The notes: generated by a model not told the origin, from the letters alone. A stretch of 64,000 nucleotides of DNA from Chloroflexota bacterium (GCA_050258095.1 JBLMYD010000038.1:3594-67593), one strand, 5' to 3'. Counted from the stretch's first letter, positions 34,581-44,656 are shown. Numbers and translations: made by a program.

Positions 34581-36167
34581 CTACTCCCACTCGATCGTGG
34601 CGGGAGGCTTCGAGGAGATATCCAGCGCCACGCGGTTCACGTCGGGGATCTCGTTGATGATCCGATTCGAGACCCTTTCCAGCAGGTCGTAGGGCAACCG
34701 CGCCCAATCGGCCGTCATCGCGTCGTCGGAGGTCACCGCGCGGATCACGATCGGGTAGGCGTAGGTGCGGCCGTCGCCCTGCACCCCGACCGAGCGGACG
34801 ACCGGGAGGACGCAGAAGGACTGCCAGAGCTGGCGGTAGAGGTCGGCGGCGCGGATCTCCTCCTGCAAGACCGCATCGGCGGCGCGCAGGATGTCCAGTC
34901 TCTCCTTAGTCACCTCGCCGCCGACGATGCGGATCGCCAGGCCCGGCCCGGGGAAGGGCTGACGCCAGACCATCCGCTCCGGCAGGCCCAGCTCGGCGCC
35001 GACGGCGCGCACCTCGTCCTTGAACAGCATCCGCAGCGGCTCGACCAGCTCGAACTCGAGGTCCTCCGGCAAACCGCCGACGTTGTGGTGCGACTTGATC
35101 GTCGCCGCGTTGTGGCCGCCGCCGGACTCGATCACGTCCGAGTAGAGGGTGCCCTGGACGAGGTAGGCGGCGTCCTCGAGCTTCGCCGCCTCCTCCTCGA
35201 AGACGCGGATGAACTCCTCGCCGATGATCTTGCGCTTGCGCTCGGGCTCGTCGACCCCGGCCAGCCTGCCGAGGAAGCGCTCCTCGGCTTCGACGTGGAC
35301 GAGCGGGATGCCGAACTGCTCGAAGGCGGCGACCACCTGCTCGGCCTCGTTCAGCCGCATCAACCCGTGGTCGACGAAGACGCAGGTCAGCTGCTCGCCG
35401 ATCGCCCGGTGGACGAGCAGCGCCGCCACCGAGGAGTCGACGCCACCGGAGAGGCCGCAGATCACCCGCCCCTCCCCCACCTGGGCCCGGATCCGCTCGA
35501 CCTGTTCGGCGATCACGGACTGCGGCGACCACTGCTGCTCGCAGCCGGCGACGTCGCGCAGGAAGCGGGTGAGGATCTCGGTCCCGTACGGCGTGTGGAC
35601 GACCTCGGGATGGAACTGGATGCCATAGAGGCCGCGCTCCGGGTACTCGCAGGCCGCCACCGGCGAGCCGGGGCTGGCGGCGAGCGCGGTGAACCCCTGC
35701 GGCGGCTCGAAGACGGCGTCGCGATGGCTCATCCAGCAGTGCTGCTCCTCGGGCAAACCGCCCAGCAGCCGCCCGCCCCCGTCGCGCAGGGTCAGCTCGG
35801 TGCGCCCGAACTCCCCCGCCTCGGCCGCCTCGACCCGGCCGCCGAGGGCCTGGACCATCGCCTGCATCCCGTAGCAGATGCCGAGCAGCGGAATCCCAAG
35901 GTCGAGCAGTTGCGTCGGAAACTCCGGCGCCCCCTCCTCGTACACCGACGCCGGCCCACCGGACAAGACAAGCCCCTTCGGCTTGCGCTCCCTGATCGCC
36001 TCCACCGAGGTCGTCGACGGCAAGAGCTCGGCGAACACGCCGCACTCGCGAATCCGCCGAGCGATCAACTGCGAGTACTGCCCCCCGAAGTCGAGGACCA
36101 GCACCTCCTCCAGCTCCGAGACCGACGCCGGCGTGGCGCCGGCCTCAGTCGTCGGCGACTCCAACAC
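34581..36167 (-). CDS. guaA: GMP synthase (glutamine-hydrolysing)
   Basis: 528 aa. GATase domain ([20 protein letters not shown]..), ATP-PPase P-loop SGGVDSS, C-terminus ..PPATIEWE. The GTG 36167 start overlaps the upstream gene by 23 nt, so the start may instead be near 36104. Confidence 0.95.
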   Translation of the reverse strand: MLESPTTEAGATPASVSELEEVLVLDFGGQYSQLIARRIRECGVFAELLPSTTSVEAIRERKPKGLVLSGGPASVYEEGAPEFPTQLLDLGIPLLGICYGMQAMVQALGGRVEAAEAGEFGRTELTLRDGGGRLLGGLPEEQHCWMSHRDAVFEPPQGFTALAASPGSPVAACEYPERGLYGIQFHPEVVHTPYGTEILTRFLRDVAGCEQQWSPQSVIAEQVERIRAQVGEGRVICGLSGGVDSSVAALLVHRAIGEQLTCVFVDHGLMRLNEAEQVVAAFEQFGIPLVHVEAEERFLGRLAGVDEPERKRKIIGEEFIRVFEEEAAKLEDAAYLVQGTLYSDVIESGGGHNAATIKSHHNVGGLPEDLEFELVEPLRMLFKDEVRAVGAELGLPERMVWRQPFPGPGLAIRIVGGEVTKERLDILRAADAVLQEEIRAADLYRQLWQSFCVLPVVRSVGVQGDGRTYAYPIVIRAVTSDDAMTADWARLPYDLLERVSNRIINEIPDVNRVALDISSKPPATIEWE

Positions 36168-37350
36168 CGGCGGAGACCGCCGCGCGCCCGTTCGACCCCA
36201 TGCCGACGGCCTGCTCGTTCTGCAACTTCTTCCCCTCGCTCATCAACGCCGGCGCGACCATCACCTCGGCCCGCTGGAAGGAGCGGATGTCCTCGTAGCC
36301 GCAGGTCGCCATCGAGGTCTTCAGCGCCCCCATTAGGTTGAAGGTGCCGTCGTTCTCCTGCGCCGGGCCGAGCAGGATCTCCTCCATCGTGCCGTCCTGG
36401 CGGGTCGAGACCCGGGTCCCGCGCGGCAGCGAGGGGTGGAAGGTCGCCATCCCCCAGTGGAAGCCGCGGCCGGGGGCCTCCTTGGCACGGGCCAGCGGCG
36501 AACCGACCATCACCGAGTCGGCGCCGCAGGCGATCGCCTTGGAGACGTCGCCGCCGGTGCGCATGCCGCCGTCGGCGATCACGTTGACGTACTCGCCGGT
36601 CTCGAGCATGTGCTGGGAGCGCGCCGCCGCCACGTCGGCGATCGCCGTCGCCTGCGGGACGCCGATGCCGAGCACGCCGCGCGTCGTGCACGCCGCCCCC
36701 GGGCCGACCCCGACCAGCACGCCGACCGCGCCGGTGCGCATCAGGTGCAGCCCGGTCGAGTAGGAGGCGCAGCCGCCGACCACGGTCGGCACCGGCACCT
36801 CGGCGATGAACTCCTTCAGGTTGAGCGGCTCCACCGTCGTCGAGACGTGTTCGGCCGAGATCACCGTGCCCTGGATGACGAGGATGTCGATCCCCGCCTC
36901 GACCGCGATCTCGTAGTGCTCGCGCACCTTCTGCGGCGTCAGCGAGCCGCAGGCGACGGCGCCGCGCTGCTTGATCTCGGCTATCCGCCGGCCGATCAGC
37001 TCCGGCTTGACCGGCTCCGTGTAGATCTCCTGCATGATCCGCGTCGCCTCGCGCACGGGCGCGGCGGCGATCTTCTCCAGCTGCTCCTCGGCGTTCTCGA
37101 AGCGCGTCCAGATGCCCTCCAGGTTGAGCACCCCGAGCCCGCCCAGCTCGTTGACGAGCACAGCCGTGTCGGGGCTGACCACGCCGTCCATCGCCGAGGC
37201 GACGAGCGGCAGCTCGAAGCGGTAGGGGCCAAGGGTCCAGCTGATGTCAATGTCGTCGGGATCGCGTGTGCGGCGCGACGGGACGATCGCGATGTCGTCG
37301 AATCCGTAGGCGCGCCGCCCCTTCTTGCCCCGACCGATGTCGATCTCCAA
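36145..37350 (-). CDS. IMP dehydrogenase-family protein without CBS insertion (GuaB3-like)
   Basis: 401 aa: ..[52 protein letters not shown]... Confidence 0.85.
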   Translation of the reverse strand: MEIDIGRGKKGRRAYGFDDIAIVPSRRTRDPDDIDISWTLGPYRFELPLVASAMDGVVSPDTAVLVNELGGLGVLNLEGIWTRFENAEEQLEKIAAAPVREATRIMQEIYTEPVKPELIGRRIAEIKQRGAVACGSLTPQKVREHYEIAVEAGIDILVIQGTVISAEHVSTTVEPLNLKEFIAEVPVPTVVGGCASYSTGLHLMRTGAVGVLVGVGPGAACTTRGVLGIGVPQATAIADVAAARSQHMLETGEYVNVIADGGMRTGGDVSKAIACGADSVMVGSPLARAKEAPGRGFHWGMATFHPSLPRGTRVSTRQDGTMEEILLGPAQENDGTFNLMGALKTSMATCGYEDIRSFQRAEVMVAPALMSEGKKLQNEQAVGMGSNGRAAVSAGVGVADD

Positions 37351-37383
37351 TTAGGTCCTCCAGGGTGGCGTTGAGGACCCAGC

Positions 37384-38340
37384 CTACACTTCGGCGGGGA
37401 CCTCCAAGTCCTGCACGTGGACCTCGCCGAGCAGCCGCTCGACCTGGTTGCGATCGACCGTGCCGGCGCCGAAGTGCTGGGTCGACTCGGCGCCGCAGGC
37501 GACGCCGTAGGCAAGGCTCTCCTCCGCCGGTCGGCCTTCGTAGCGAGCGGCGACGTAGCCGGCGAGAAAGGCGTCGCCGGAGCCGACCGAGGAGACGACC
37601 TCCAGCGGCTCGGTGCGGACCTCGACGAAGCGCCGCTCCGATCCCTCGCCGACCGCCGCCACGCAGCCGTCGGGCCGCGTGATCGCCGCCTCGCCGGCGC
37701 CGAGCCGGATCAGCTCCGAGAGCCCGTGGACGAGGTCCCGCCGATCGGCGAACTCCTGGCCGACCAGCTCCTCGGCCTCGCGCTCGTTGGGCGTGACGAC
37801 GGCGGCGCCGGCGCGCAGGCCCGCCCGCATCGCCTCGCCCTCCGCGTCGAGCACCACCGCAACGCCCTGCTCGTTCAGCTCCTTGACGAGACGCGCGTAG
37901 AGGTCGGGGCCGGCACCGGGTGGCAGGGTGCCGGCGATCACGCAGATCTTCGCGCCGGTGGCGAGGTAGCGCAGCCGGGCGACGAAGGTCTCGACCTCCT
38001 CGGGGCTGACCGCGGGGCCGCGCTCGTTGATCTCGGTCTGCTCGCCGGAGGTCGGGTCGATCACCGCCACGTTGATCCGCGTCTCGCCCGCGATCCGGGT
38101 GAAATCGGTGAGCACCTCTTCGTCGCGCAGCTGCTCCATGACCCGCAGGCCGGTCGGGCCGCCGACGAACCCGGTGGCGATCACCGGCCGGCCGAGCCGG
38201 CTGATCGCCCGCGCCACGTTGACCCCCTTGCCGCCGGCCACGGTGCGGCTCTCGACCGCCCGGTGGCGATGCCCGAGACGGAAATTCGGCACCGCGACGG
38301 TGCGGTCGATCGCGGCGTTCAGGGTGACGGTGAGGATCAT
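37384..38340 (-). CDS. PfkB-family sugar-phosphate kinase (1-phosphofructokinase / tagatose-6-phosphate kinase-like)
   Basis: ATG 38340 (ATGA overlap with the dacB stop) gives MILTVTLNAAIDRTV..GGKGVNVAR..VGSGDAFLAG... Confidence 0.85.
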   Translation of the reverse strand: MILTVTLNAAIDRTVAVPNFRLGHRHRAVESRTVAGGKGVNVARAISRLGRPVIATGFVGGPTGLRVMEQLRDEEVLTDFTRIAGETRINVAVIDPTSGEQTEINERGPAVSPEEVETFVARLRYLATGAKICVIAGTLPPGAGPDLYARLVKELNEQGVAVVLDAEGEAMRAGLRAGAAVVTPNEREAEELVGQEFADRRDLVHGLSELIRLGAGEAAITRPDGCVAAVGEGSERRFVEVRTEPLEVVSSVGSGDAFLAGYVAARYEGRPAEESLAYGVACGAESTQHFGAGTVDRNQVERLLGEVHVQDLEVPAEV

Positions 38341-39524
38341 CGGAGACGGCGCCTGAGGACGATTGCCACAGCGATCAGTATCCCGGACAGGGCCAGGACA
38401 AACCAAATCGCCTTGCCTTCGACGAAGCTGCGCACCACGTCGAAGGTGCTCGCCTCGGCGACCGCCCGTCCGGCGCGCAGAGCGACCGTCGCGACGTGGC
38501 GGTCGGCGACGGAGACGATCGCAGCGCCAAGCGGGGCACCGCGCCGAATCGGCCCCTCGACCTCGTGCGGCGCGCGCACGGACACCTCGACGCGCTGACC
38601 TGGCCGCACGCCGACGGCGACGCTGCGCGCGGCGCGCAGCGGCAGCTCGCCGCCCGCGTAGCGGATCGACGGCCGGGCGAGCGCCTCGCCTGCCCGCACC
38701 GGCAGCCGGCGCCGGTAGCGCGAGAAGCCGTATTCGAGCAGCTCGAGGTCGTCGCGAAAGCGGTCTTCGTCGGTCGGCGCCCCGATCACGACCGCGATCA
38801 GCTCGACGCCCTTGCGCCGCCCCGAGCCGACCAGGACGTAGCGGGCGCCGAACGTGTGGCCGGTCTTGACGCCGGTCACCCAGGGCGCCATCCGCAGCAG
38901 CTCGTCGATCGTCTCGATCCGGCGCCGCGGCCGCACGCTGCGCAGCACGGCGCGGCGCGACGCCGCGATCCGGGCAAAGGTCGGCAGCGCCAGCAGCCGC
39001 CTCGTCAGCGTCGCCAGGTCGCGCGCGCTCGAGTGGTTGCCGCGCTGGTCGAGGCCGATCGGGTTGGCGAAGTGCGTGTCGGACAGGCCGAGCGCCGCCG
39101 CGTACTCGTTCATCTGGCGCACGAAGCGCCGCTCGCTGCCGGCGGCGGCGCGGGCGAGGTCGTAGGCGGCGTCGTTGCCGCTGCGCAGGATCAGCCCGTA
39201 GAGCAGGTCGCGCACGCTGATCCGCTGGCCGGCGCGGAGGTTGAGCAGCGACTCGCCGTATCCGGCCGCGTAGGGGGCGGCGCGCACGATGCGGTCGAGG
39301 GGCAGCTCGTGCAGGGCGACGTAGGCGGTCATCAGCTTGGTCGTGCTGGCGACGGGCAGCTCTCGCGCCGCGGCGTGGGAGACGAGCACGTCGCCCGTGT
39401 CGGCGTCGACCAGGATCCACGCCCGCGCCTCGACCCGCGGCGGGCGCTCGGCAGCCGCGGCCGGGCCGGCGCCGGCCAGCGCCAGGAGCGCAGCCGCCGC
39501 GACCGCGACCCCGGTTCGCCTCAG
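38337..39524 (-). CDS. dacB: D-alanyl-D-alanine carboxypeptidase (S11), probably starting at CTG 39524
   Basis: SxxK STTK, SxN SGND, KTG KTGHT. The in-frame sequence upstream of the track start encodes a signal peptide plus conserved mature residues (LRRTGVAVAAAALLALAGAGPAAAAERPPRVEARAWILVDADTGDV). It contains no ATG/GTG/TTG. The CTG overlaps the LysM-gene TGA. Confidence 0.8.
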   Translation of the reverse strand: MRRTGVAVAAAALLALAGAGPAAAAERPPRVEARAWILVDADTGDVLVSHAAARELPVASTTKLMTAYVALHELPLDRIVRAAPYAAGYGESLLNLRAGQRISVRDLLYGLILRSGNDAAYDLARAAAGSERRFVRQMNEYAAALGLSDTHFANPIGLDQRGNHSSARDLATLTRRLLALPTFARIAASRRAVLRSVRPRRRIETIDELLRMAPWVTGVKTGHTFGARYVLVGSGRRKGVELIAVVIGAPTDEDRFRDDLELLEYGFSRYRRRLPVRAGEALARPSIRYAGGELPLRAARSVAVGVRPGQRVEVSVRAPHEVEGPIRRGAPLGAAIVSVADRHVATVALRAGRAVAEASTFDVVRSFVEGKAIWFVLALSGILIAVAIVLRRRLR

Positions 39525-39835
39525 CGCAGCTTGAGGACTTCGCCGGCGATCAGGATCTGCGGGTCGACGTGCGGGTTGAGCTGTTCGATCGTCCGCACGG
39601 GCACGCCGGTCCGGTGGGCGATCGAGATCAGGGTGTCGCCGCTCTGCACTTCGTAGGTCGCCGGCACGTTGCGCTTCTCGACCTTGTGGAGTGTCGTTTC
39701 CGAGCGGCCCTGGCGTTCGGAGCCCGAACCGCCGCCGTTGAGGGCGGCGCCAACGGCGACGATGACGACGACCGCGGCAACGACCAGGGCGGTCACCGCC
39801 GCGGTGCGGGCTGATGCTGACGGGCGCTTGTTCAT
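39521..39835 (-). CDS. LysM-domain membrane-anchored protein
   Basis: 104 aa. An N-terminal TM helix is followed by the LysM domain YEVQSGDTLISIAHRTGVPVRTIEQLNPHVDPQILIAGEVLKL. Confidence 0.8.
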   Translation of the reverse strand: MNKRPSASARTAAVTALVVAAVVVIVAVGAALNGGGSGSERQGRSETTLHKVEKRNVPATYEVQSGDTLISIAHRTGVPVRTIEQLNPHVDPQILIAGEVLKLR

Positions 39836-39892
39836 GGGAGCCGGCGCGGTTGGAGATGGGCGCCGCAGATCGTATATACGGTCAAGGCGCTT

Positions 39893-40780
39893 TTAGGCGG
39901 TTGAAACATCCCAAACCGCGGCCCGCAGCGCCTCAGCCGCGGCACCGGGGTCCGCGGCGCCGGCGATGCTGCGCGAGGCGGCGACGATCGCCGAGGCCGG
40001 GCCGGCCGCGAAGGCCGGGCCGAGCAGCTCCGGCGTGCCGCCCTGGGCGCCGATCCCGGGCAGGAGGAAGAGCGAGCGCGGCATCAGGCTGCGCAGGCGG
40101 GCGATGTGCTCGGGCGCGGTCGCGCCGACGACCGCGCCCATCCCGCTGAGGCCGTTCTCGCCGAGCAGCCTGCCGGAGAGGTCGTCGACGATGCCGGCGA
40201 GGCGCTCGTGCAGCGGCCGGTCGGGGGCCGGCAGGTCCTGGACGTCGGACGCGCCCGGGTTGCTCGTCCGCACCAGGGCGAAGACCCCCGCTCCGGCGGC
40301 CGCGGCCGCGGCGACGAGCGGCTCGAGCGCGTCGCGGCCGAGCAGCGGGTTGGCGGTGAAGGCGTCGACTCCGAGCCCTGCGACCGGGCCCCAGGGGGTG
40401 TCGGTCTCGCCGACCAGCGCCTGGGCGTAGGCGGCCGCCGAGACCGACACGTCGCCGCGCTTGCCATCGGCGAGCACCAGCAGGCCGGCCTCGCGGGCGG
40501 CGGCGCAGACCCCTTCCAGAGCGGCCCAGCCGGGCGCCCCGAGTCGCTCGAAGCAGGCGAGCTGCGGCTTCGCCGCCACGCAGGCCGGCCCCGCCCGCTC
40601 GATCAGCGAGCGGCAGCTCTCCAGCACGGCGGCGGCGGCCAGCTCGGCCGCCGTCCCGGCGCCGGCCCCGGCCTCGACCCCGGCGAGCTTCGACGGGTCG
40701 GGATCGAGACCGAGGCAGACCTGACTGCGGCGCTCCTCGACGAGCGCCGCCAGACGGTCTGCGAACGTCGCGGTGCTCAG
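39893..40780 (-). CDS. pyrF: Orotidine 5'-phosphate decarboxylase (type 2), probably starting at CTG 40780
   Basis: DGKRGDV and ..LPGIGAQGG.. are present. The conserved ..VCLGLDPDP.. segment lies 5' of the first GTG (40627), in an open frame without ATG/GTG/TTG. The CTG overlaps the hup TGA. Confidence 0.8.
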   Translation of the reverse strand: MSTATFADRLAALVEERRSQVCLGLDPDPSKLAGVEAGAGAGTAAELAAAAVLESCRSLIERAGPACVAAKPQLACFERLGAPGWAALEGVCAAAREAGLLVLADGKRGDVSVSAAAYAQALVGETDTPWGPVAGLGVDAFTANPLLGRDALEPLVAAAAAAGAGVFALVRTSNPGASDVQDLPAPDRPLHERLAGIVDDLSGRLLGENGLSGMGAVVGATAPEHIARLRSLMPRSLFLLPGIGAQGGTPELLGPAFAAGPASAIVAASRSIAGAADPGAAAEALRAAVWDVSTA

Positions 40781-41055
40781 CCCTTGACCTTGGCCTTCAG
40801 CGCCGAGCCGGCGGAAAAGCGCGGCACCCTGCCGCCCGGAATCGTGATCCGCTCGCCGGTGCGCGGGTTGACGCCCTGGCGCGGGCCGCGCTCGGCGACG
40901 TGGAATTTGCCGAAGCCGGTGAAGCTGACCTCGCCGCCATTGCTCAGGGTGTCGGTGATCGCGTCCAGCACGGCATCGACCGCGTCGCCGGCAGCTTTCT
41001 TGCTGCCCAGCCGGTCGTCGCTCGCCAGTTGATCCAGAAACTCAGCCTTTGTCAC
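40777..41055 (-). CDS. hup: HU-family DNA-binding protein
   Basis: 92 aa: ..VSFTGFGKFHVAERGPRQGVNPRTGERITIPGGRVPRFSAG... Confidence 0.9.
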   Translation of the reverse strand: MTKAEFLDQLASDDRLGSKKAAGDAVDAVLDAITDTLSNGGEVSFTGFGKFHVAERGPRQGVNPRTGERITIPGGRVPRFSAGSALKAKVKG

Positions 41056-41132
41056 GTCGAAGCTCCTCGGTCAGGGGTGGTTGAAATCGCGCGCAATCTA
41101 ACAGCGACCACGGCGTAATGGCCGTGCCTGGC

Positions 41133-42494
41133 TCAAGAACCCGCCACCGTCATCTCGGCGATCAGCAGCGGCGGGGTGCTGACCGAGGCGCCGAAGGGGA
41201 CCCAGCGCGGCTCCGCGCCGCAGGCCCGCACCGCGCCGAGCATCGAGATCAGGTCGCTGGCGATCGTGAACTCGCGCAGCGGCTCAGCCAGATCTCCGCC
41301 GCGGATCGCCCGCCCCGAGGCGCCGACCGAGAAGACGCCCGAAACGGGGTTGACCCCCGAGTGCAGGCCGGCGACGTCGTTGACGAGGACGCCGTCCCCG
41401 GCCTCGCCGAGCAGCTCCGCGAAGGAGAGCGCGCCCGTCCTCACGATCAGGTTCGAGGGAGCGACCGAGGGCTGCGAGCGATACCCGCCGCGACCGGCGC
41501 TCGCGGTCGAGGCCACCCCGTCGCGGCGGGCGGTGTAGGTGTCGTAGAGGTAGGTGCGCAGCGTCCCCGCCTCGATCAGCGTCGTGCGCCGGTGCGGCAG
41601 CCCCTCGCCGTCGAAGGGGGCGGAGCCCGGCCCGTCCGGGTCGAGCCCGTCGTCGTGGAGGACGAACGAGTCGGTGGCCACGCTGTCGTCGAGCCGTCCC
41701 GCGAACGGCGAGCGGCCGCGCTGGACGGCGCCGGCGGCGAGGCCGCGACCGACGATCGCGACGAAGGCGGCGGCCACCGTCGGGTCGAGGACCACCGGGC
41801 AGGTGCGCGATGCGGGCTTGCCGGCGCCGACCATCGCCGCCGCCCGCTCCGCGCCCTCGACGCCGATCGCCGCCGGGTCGAGCGAGTCGGGGCCGCGCCC
41901 GAGACCGAAGCCGAAGCCGGTCTCGCGGCCCCCGTCGCCCTCGGCCAGCGCCTGCACGTAGGCGTGACAGGTGGAGCGCTCGTACTCGCCGTCGATGCCG
42001 GTGGAGGAGGCGATCGCCACGGTCTCGGCCGAGTCCGCGTAGACCGCCTGCTCGATGCCGACCACGCGCTCGTCGGCTGCCAGCGTCGCCCGCTCGACGG
42101 CGAGCGCCAGCTCCGCGACGTCGGCGGTCGACCACGCCGCGACCGAGGGATCGCTCAGCTCCGGCGCGCCGTTCCCTGTTGTTTCGGGGGGAGGGCGCAG
42201 CGGAGCGGGCGGGCCGGCGAACTCGTCCTCGTCGGCGACGCGGGCGACCTCGACCGCCCGCGCGGCGAGCGCCGCGATCCCCTCCCCGGAGAGATCCGTG
42301 TCGTAGGCGTAGCCGACGCGGGAGCCGACCCAGGCCCGGATGCCGAGCCCGCGCCTCGTCGCCGCGCTGAGGCTCTCCACCGCGCCCCCGTAGGCGCGCA
42401 CCTCGCGCCCGCGGTCCTCGGAGCCGTACGCTTCGGCGTCGGAGGCGCCCGCCGCGAGCGCTCCCTCCACCGCGCGTCGCGCGACCTCGATCAA
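41133..42494 (-). CDS. pmbA: PmbA/TldE-family metalloprotease subunit
   Basis: TTG 42494 overlaps the tldD TGA (TTGA) and gives (M)IEVARRAVEGALAAGASDAEAY... TldD/PmbA fold-wide similarity. The start codon is inferred. Confidence 0.8.
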   Translation of the reverse strand: MIEVARRAVEGALAAGASDAEAYGSEDRGREVRAYGGAVESLSAATRRGLGIRAWVGSRVGYAYDTDLSGEGIAALAARAVEVARVADEDEFAGPPAPLRPPPETTGNGAPELSDPSVAAWSTADVAELALAVERATLAADERVVGIEQAVYADSAETVAIASSTGIDGEYERSTCHAYVQALAEGDGGRETGFGFGLGRGPDSLDPAAIGVEGAERAAAMVGAGKPASRTCPVVLDPTVAAAFVAIVGRGLAAGAVQRGRSPFAGRLDDSVATDSFVLHDDGLDPDGPGSAPFDGEGLPHRRTTLIEAGTLRTYLYDTYTARRDGVASTASAGRGGYRSQPSVAPSNLIVRTGALSFAELLGEAGDGVLVNDVAGLHSGVNPVSGVFSVGASGRAIRGGDLAEPLREFTIASDLISMLGAVRACGAEPRWVPFGASVSTPPLLIAEMTVAGS

Positions 42495-43885
42495 ACCTCG
42501 GTCCCCCCCACGGTCAGCGCCTTGATGCGGACGTGCCCCTGGCCGGTGCCGACCGGCACTTTCTGGCCGGCCTTGCCGCAGACGCCGGTCTTCATCTCGA
42601 AGTCGTCGCCGACCGCGTCGATCCCGGCCAGGGCGTCGAGGCAGTTGCCGACCAGGGTCGCCCCGCGGCAGGGACGCGTCACCTTCCCCGCCTCGATCAG
42701 GTAGCCCTCGGAGACGCCGAAGACGAAGTCGCCGGTCGCCGGGTCGACCTGGCCGCCGCCGAACGAGGCGGCGTAGAAGCCGCGCTCGACCTCGGCGATC
42801 ATCGCCTCGGGGCTGGCGTCCCCCGGGGCGATGTAGGTGTTGGTCATCCGCGGCACCGGCAGGTGCCGGAAGCTCTCGCGGCGGCCGTTGCCGGTCGAGG
42901 CGACGCCATCGCGTCCGGCGGTGAGGCGGTCGTAGAGGAAGGCGGCGAGCCGGCCTTCCTCGATCAGCATCGTCCTGCCGGTCGGCGTGCCCTCGTCGTC
43001 GATCGCGTCGCTGCCCCACTCGCCGGGCATGCTGCCGTCGTCGTAGGCGGTGAGCAGCGGCTCGGCGACCCGCTCGCCGAGGCGGCCGGCGTAGACGCTG
43101 GCGCCCTTCTGGACGTGGTCGGCCTCCAGCCCGTGGCCGGTCATCTCGTGGAAGAGCACGCCGCCGAAGCCGCCGCCGACGACGACCGGCATCGAGCCGG
43201 CCGGCGCCGGGCCCGCGTCGAGGAGGACCAGGGCCTTGCGCGCGGCGCCGGCGGCGACCTCGCCGGGATCGCCGTCGAAGAGCTCGAAGCCGCGGTGGCC
43301 GCCGAGCGTCTCGGCGCCGGTCTCGACCGCGTTGCCGCGCCTCGCCACCGCCTGGGCGCCGATCCGCACCCGGGTGCGGTCGTCGCCCGTGAACAGGCCC
43401 TCGGAGTTGGTGATGGCGACCTCGCGCCGAATCTCCGCGTAGGAGGCCATGAGCTGGGCGATCTCCGCGCCCGCCGCGCGCCCGCGCTCGTCGAGCGTCC
43501 GCAGCAGGTCGGCCTTGCGCTGGGCGGGGACGTCGCCGGGTGGCTGCTCGATCGGCTGCGGCGCGCTCCGCACCGACTCGAGCTGCCGCGGGCTCGCCTG
43601 CTGACCCCGCACAGCCGTCGCGGCCTCTGCGGCGGCGCGCTCGAGGTCGGCCGGGTCGAGGCCGTCGACGTGGGCGAAGTAGGTGGTCCCGCCGCTGACC
43701 ACGCGCACGCCCGCCCCCTCGCCCGCGCCGGCCTGCACGGATTCGATCCGCGACTCGTCGATCGCCATCGTCAGGCCGGCCGTGCGCTCGGCGAAGACCT
43801 CGGCGAAGTCGCCCCCGTTCGCCAGCGCGCGGGACAGCACCCGCGCCGCCACGTCGGCGTCGATCAAGCCTCCGTCGCTCGTCAT
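42491..43885 (-). CDS. tldD: TldD-family metalloprotease
   Basis: ATG 43885 gives MTSDGGLIDADVAARVLSRALANGGDFAEVFAE... Contains the HExxxH-type motif FHEMTGHGLEADH. Confidence 0.9.
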   Translation of the reverse strand: MTSDGGLIDADVAARVLSRALANGGDFAEVFAERTAGLTMAIDESRIESVQAGAGEGAGVRVVSGGTTYFAHVDGLDPADLERAAAEAATAVRGQQASPRQLESVRSAPQPIEQPPGDVPAQRKADLLRTLDERGRAAGAEIAQLMASYAEIRREVAITNSEGLFTGDDRTRVRIGAQAVARRGNAVETGAETLGGHRGFELFDGDPGEVAAGAARKALVLLDAGPAPAGSMPVVVGGGFGGVLFHEMTGHGLEADHVQKGASVYAGRLGERVAEPLLTAYDDGSMPGEWGSDAIDDEGTPTGRTMLIEEGRLAAFLYDRLTAGRDGVASTGNGRRESFRHLPVPRMTNTYIAPGDASPEAMIAEVERGFYAASFGGGQVDPATGDFVFGVSEGYLIEAGKVTRPCRGATLVGNCLDALAGIDAVGDDFEMKTGVCGKAGQKVPVGTGQGHVRIKALTVGGTEV

Positions 43886-44109
43886 CGATCGCGCTTCCGC
43901 CCCGCGACCTCGATCAGGCGCCCGGCGGCGACGAAGAGCTCGCCGCCGGCGACCGAGTCGGCGGCATGGTCGTCGGCACGCCCGCCGGGGTAGTAGAGGC
44001 GGGCGAAGGGACGGCGGGCGACGCGACGACGGCGCATGTAGGCGGCGGCCTCGTCGGCGTAGCCCGAGACGCGGTCGAGCAGGACGCGATGCGGCTTCGG
44101 CGGGCTCAC
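43882..44109 (-). CDS. 75-aa basic protein of unknown function, translationally coupled on both sides
   Basis: GTG 44109 overlaps the roadblock-gene TGA (GTGA), and its TGA overlaps the tldD ATG (ATGA). About 66 of 75 codons end in G/C. Confidence 0.4.
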   Translation of the reverse strand: MSPPKPHRVLLDRVSGYADEAAAYMRRRRVARRPFARLYYPGGRADDHAADSVAGGELFVAAGRLIEVAGRKRDR

Positions 44110-44513
44110 TCTCCGGCCCGCCCGTCGCCGCCGGCCGCAAGGTCGCGCAGAACCGAGCGCATGTCGAAGAAGAGCAGCGAGGCGAGCGCGAAGCGGTCGG
44201 TCACCGCGACCGCAGCCAGGCCCGCGTGCCGGAGCGCGAAGACCTCGCCCTGCTCGGTGGCGACGTGGACCTGCTCGACCGGCTCCTCCCCCGCCCGGTC
44301 GGCGACGTCGAACAGGGCGGAGGCGTCCTCGCGCCAACGGTCGGCATGACCGCTGGCCGCCAGCACCTCGCCGTCCGCGTCGAGAATCGCCCCACCGCGC
44401 AGGTCGGGGGACATCTCGTCCAGGTAGGCGAGCGCCGTCGCCGCTGCACCGCTCGTCTCACCGTCGGCCATCTCGGCCAAAATACCGGCCGGTGTCCCTG
44501 GCCCGTGCCTCAT
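44106..44513 (-). CDS. Roadblock/LC7 (MglB-like) domain protein
   Basis: ..LRGGAILDADGEVLAASG..VHVATEQGEVFALRHAGLAAVAVTDRFALASLLFFDMRSVLRDL... The start is ATG 44513 or ATG 44471 (MADGETSG). Confidence 0.6.
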   Translation of the reverse strand: MRHGPGTPAGILAEMADGETSGAAATALAYLDEMSPDLRGGAILDADGEVLAASGHADRWREDASALFDVADRAGEEPVEQVHVATEQGEVFALRHAGLAAVAVTDRFALASLLFFDMRSVLRDLAAGGDGRAGE

Positions 44514-44641
44514 GGATCGTCGTCGTCTCGGTCTGCGCGATCGCGGCAGTCGCCTTCGCGCTCAGCGACTACACCGGCTACGCGATCACGGTCGTCGCCG
44601 TCGGCCTCGCCGCGGCGGTGAATTTGCTGCCCAGCCCGTAG
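44492..44641 (+). CDS. Candidate 49-aa 2-TM protein
   Basis: Runs GTG 44492 to TAG 44639-44641: (M)SLARASWIVVVSVCAIAAVAFALSDYTGYAITVVAVGLAAAVNLLPSP. About 45 of 49 codons end in G/C. Not in the ORF track. Confidence 0.4.
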   Translation: MSLARASWIVVVSVCAIAAVAFALSDYTGYAITVVAVGLAAAVNLLPSP

Positions 44642-44656
44642 AGCAGAAAAAAGGCC

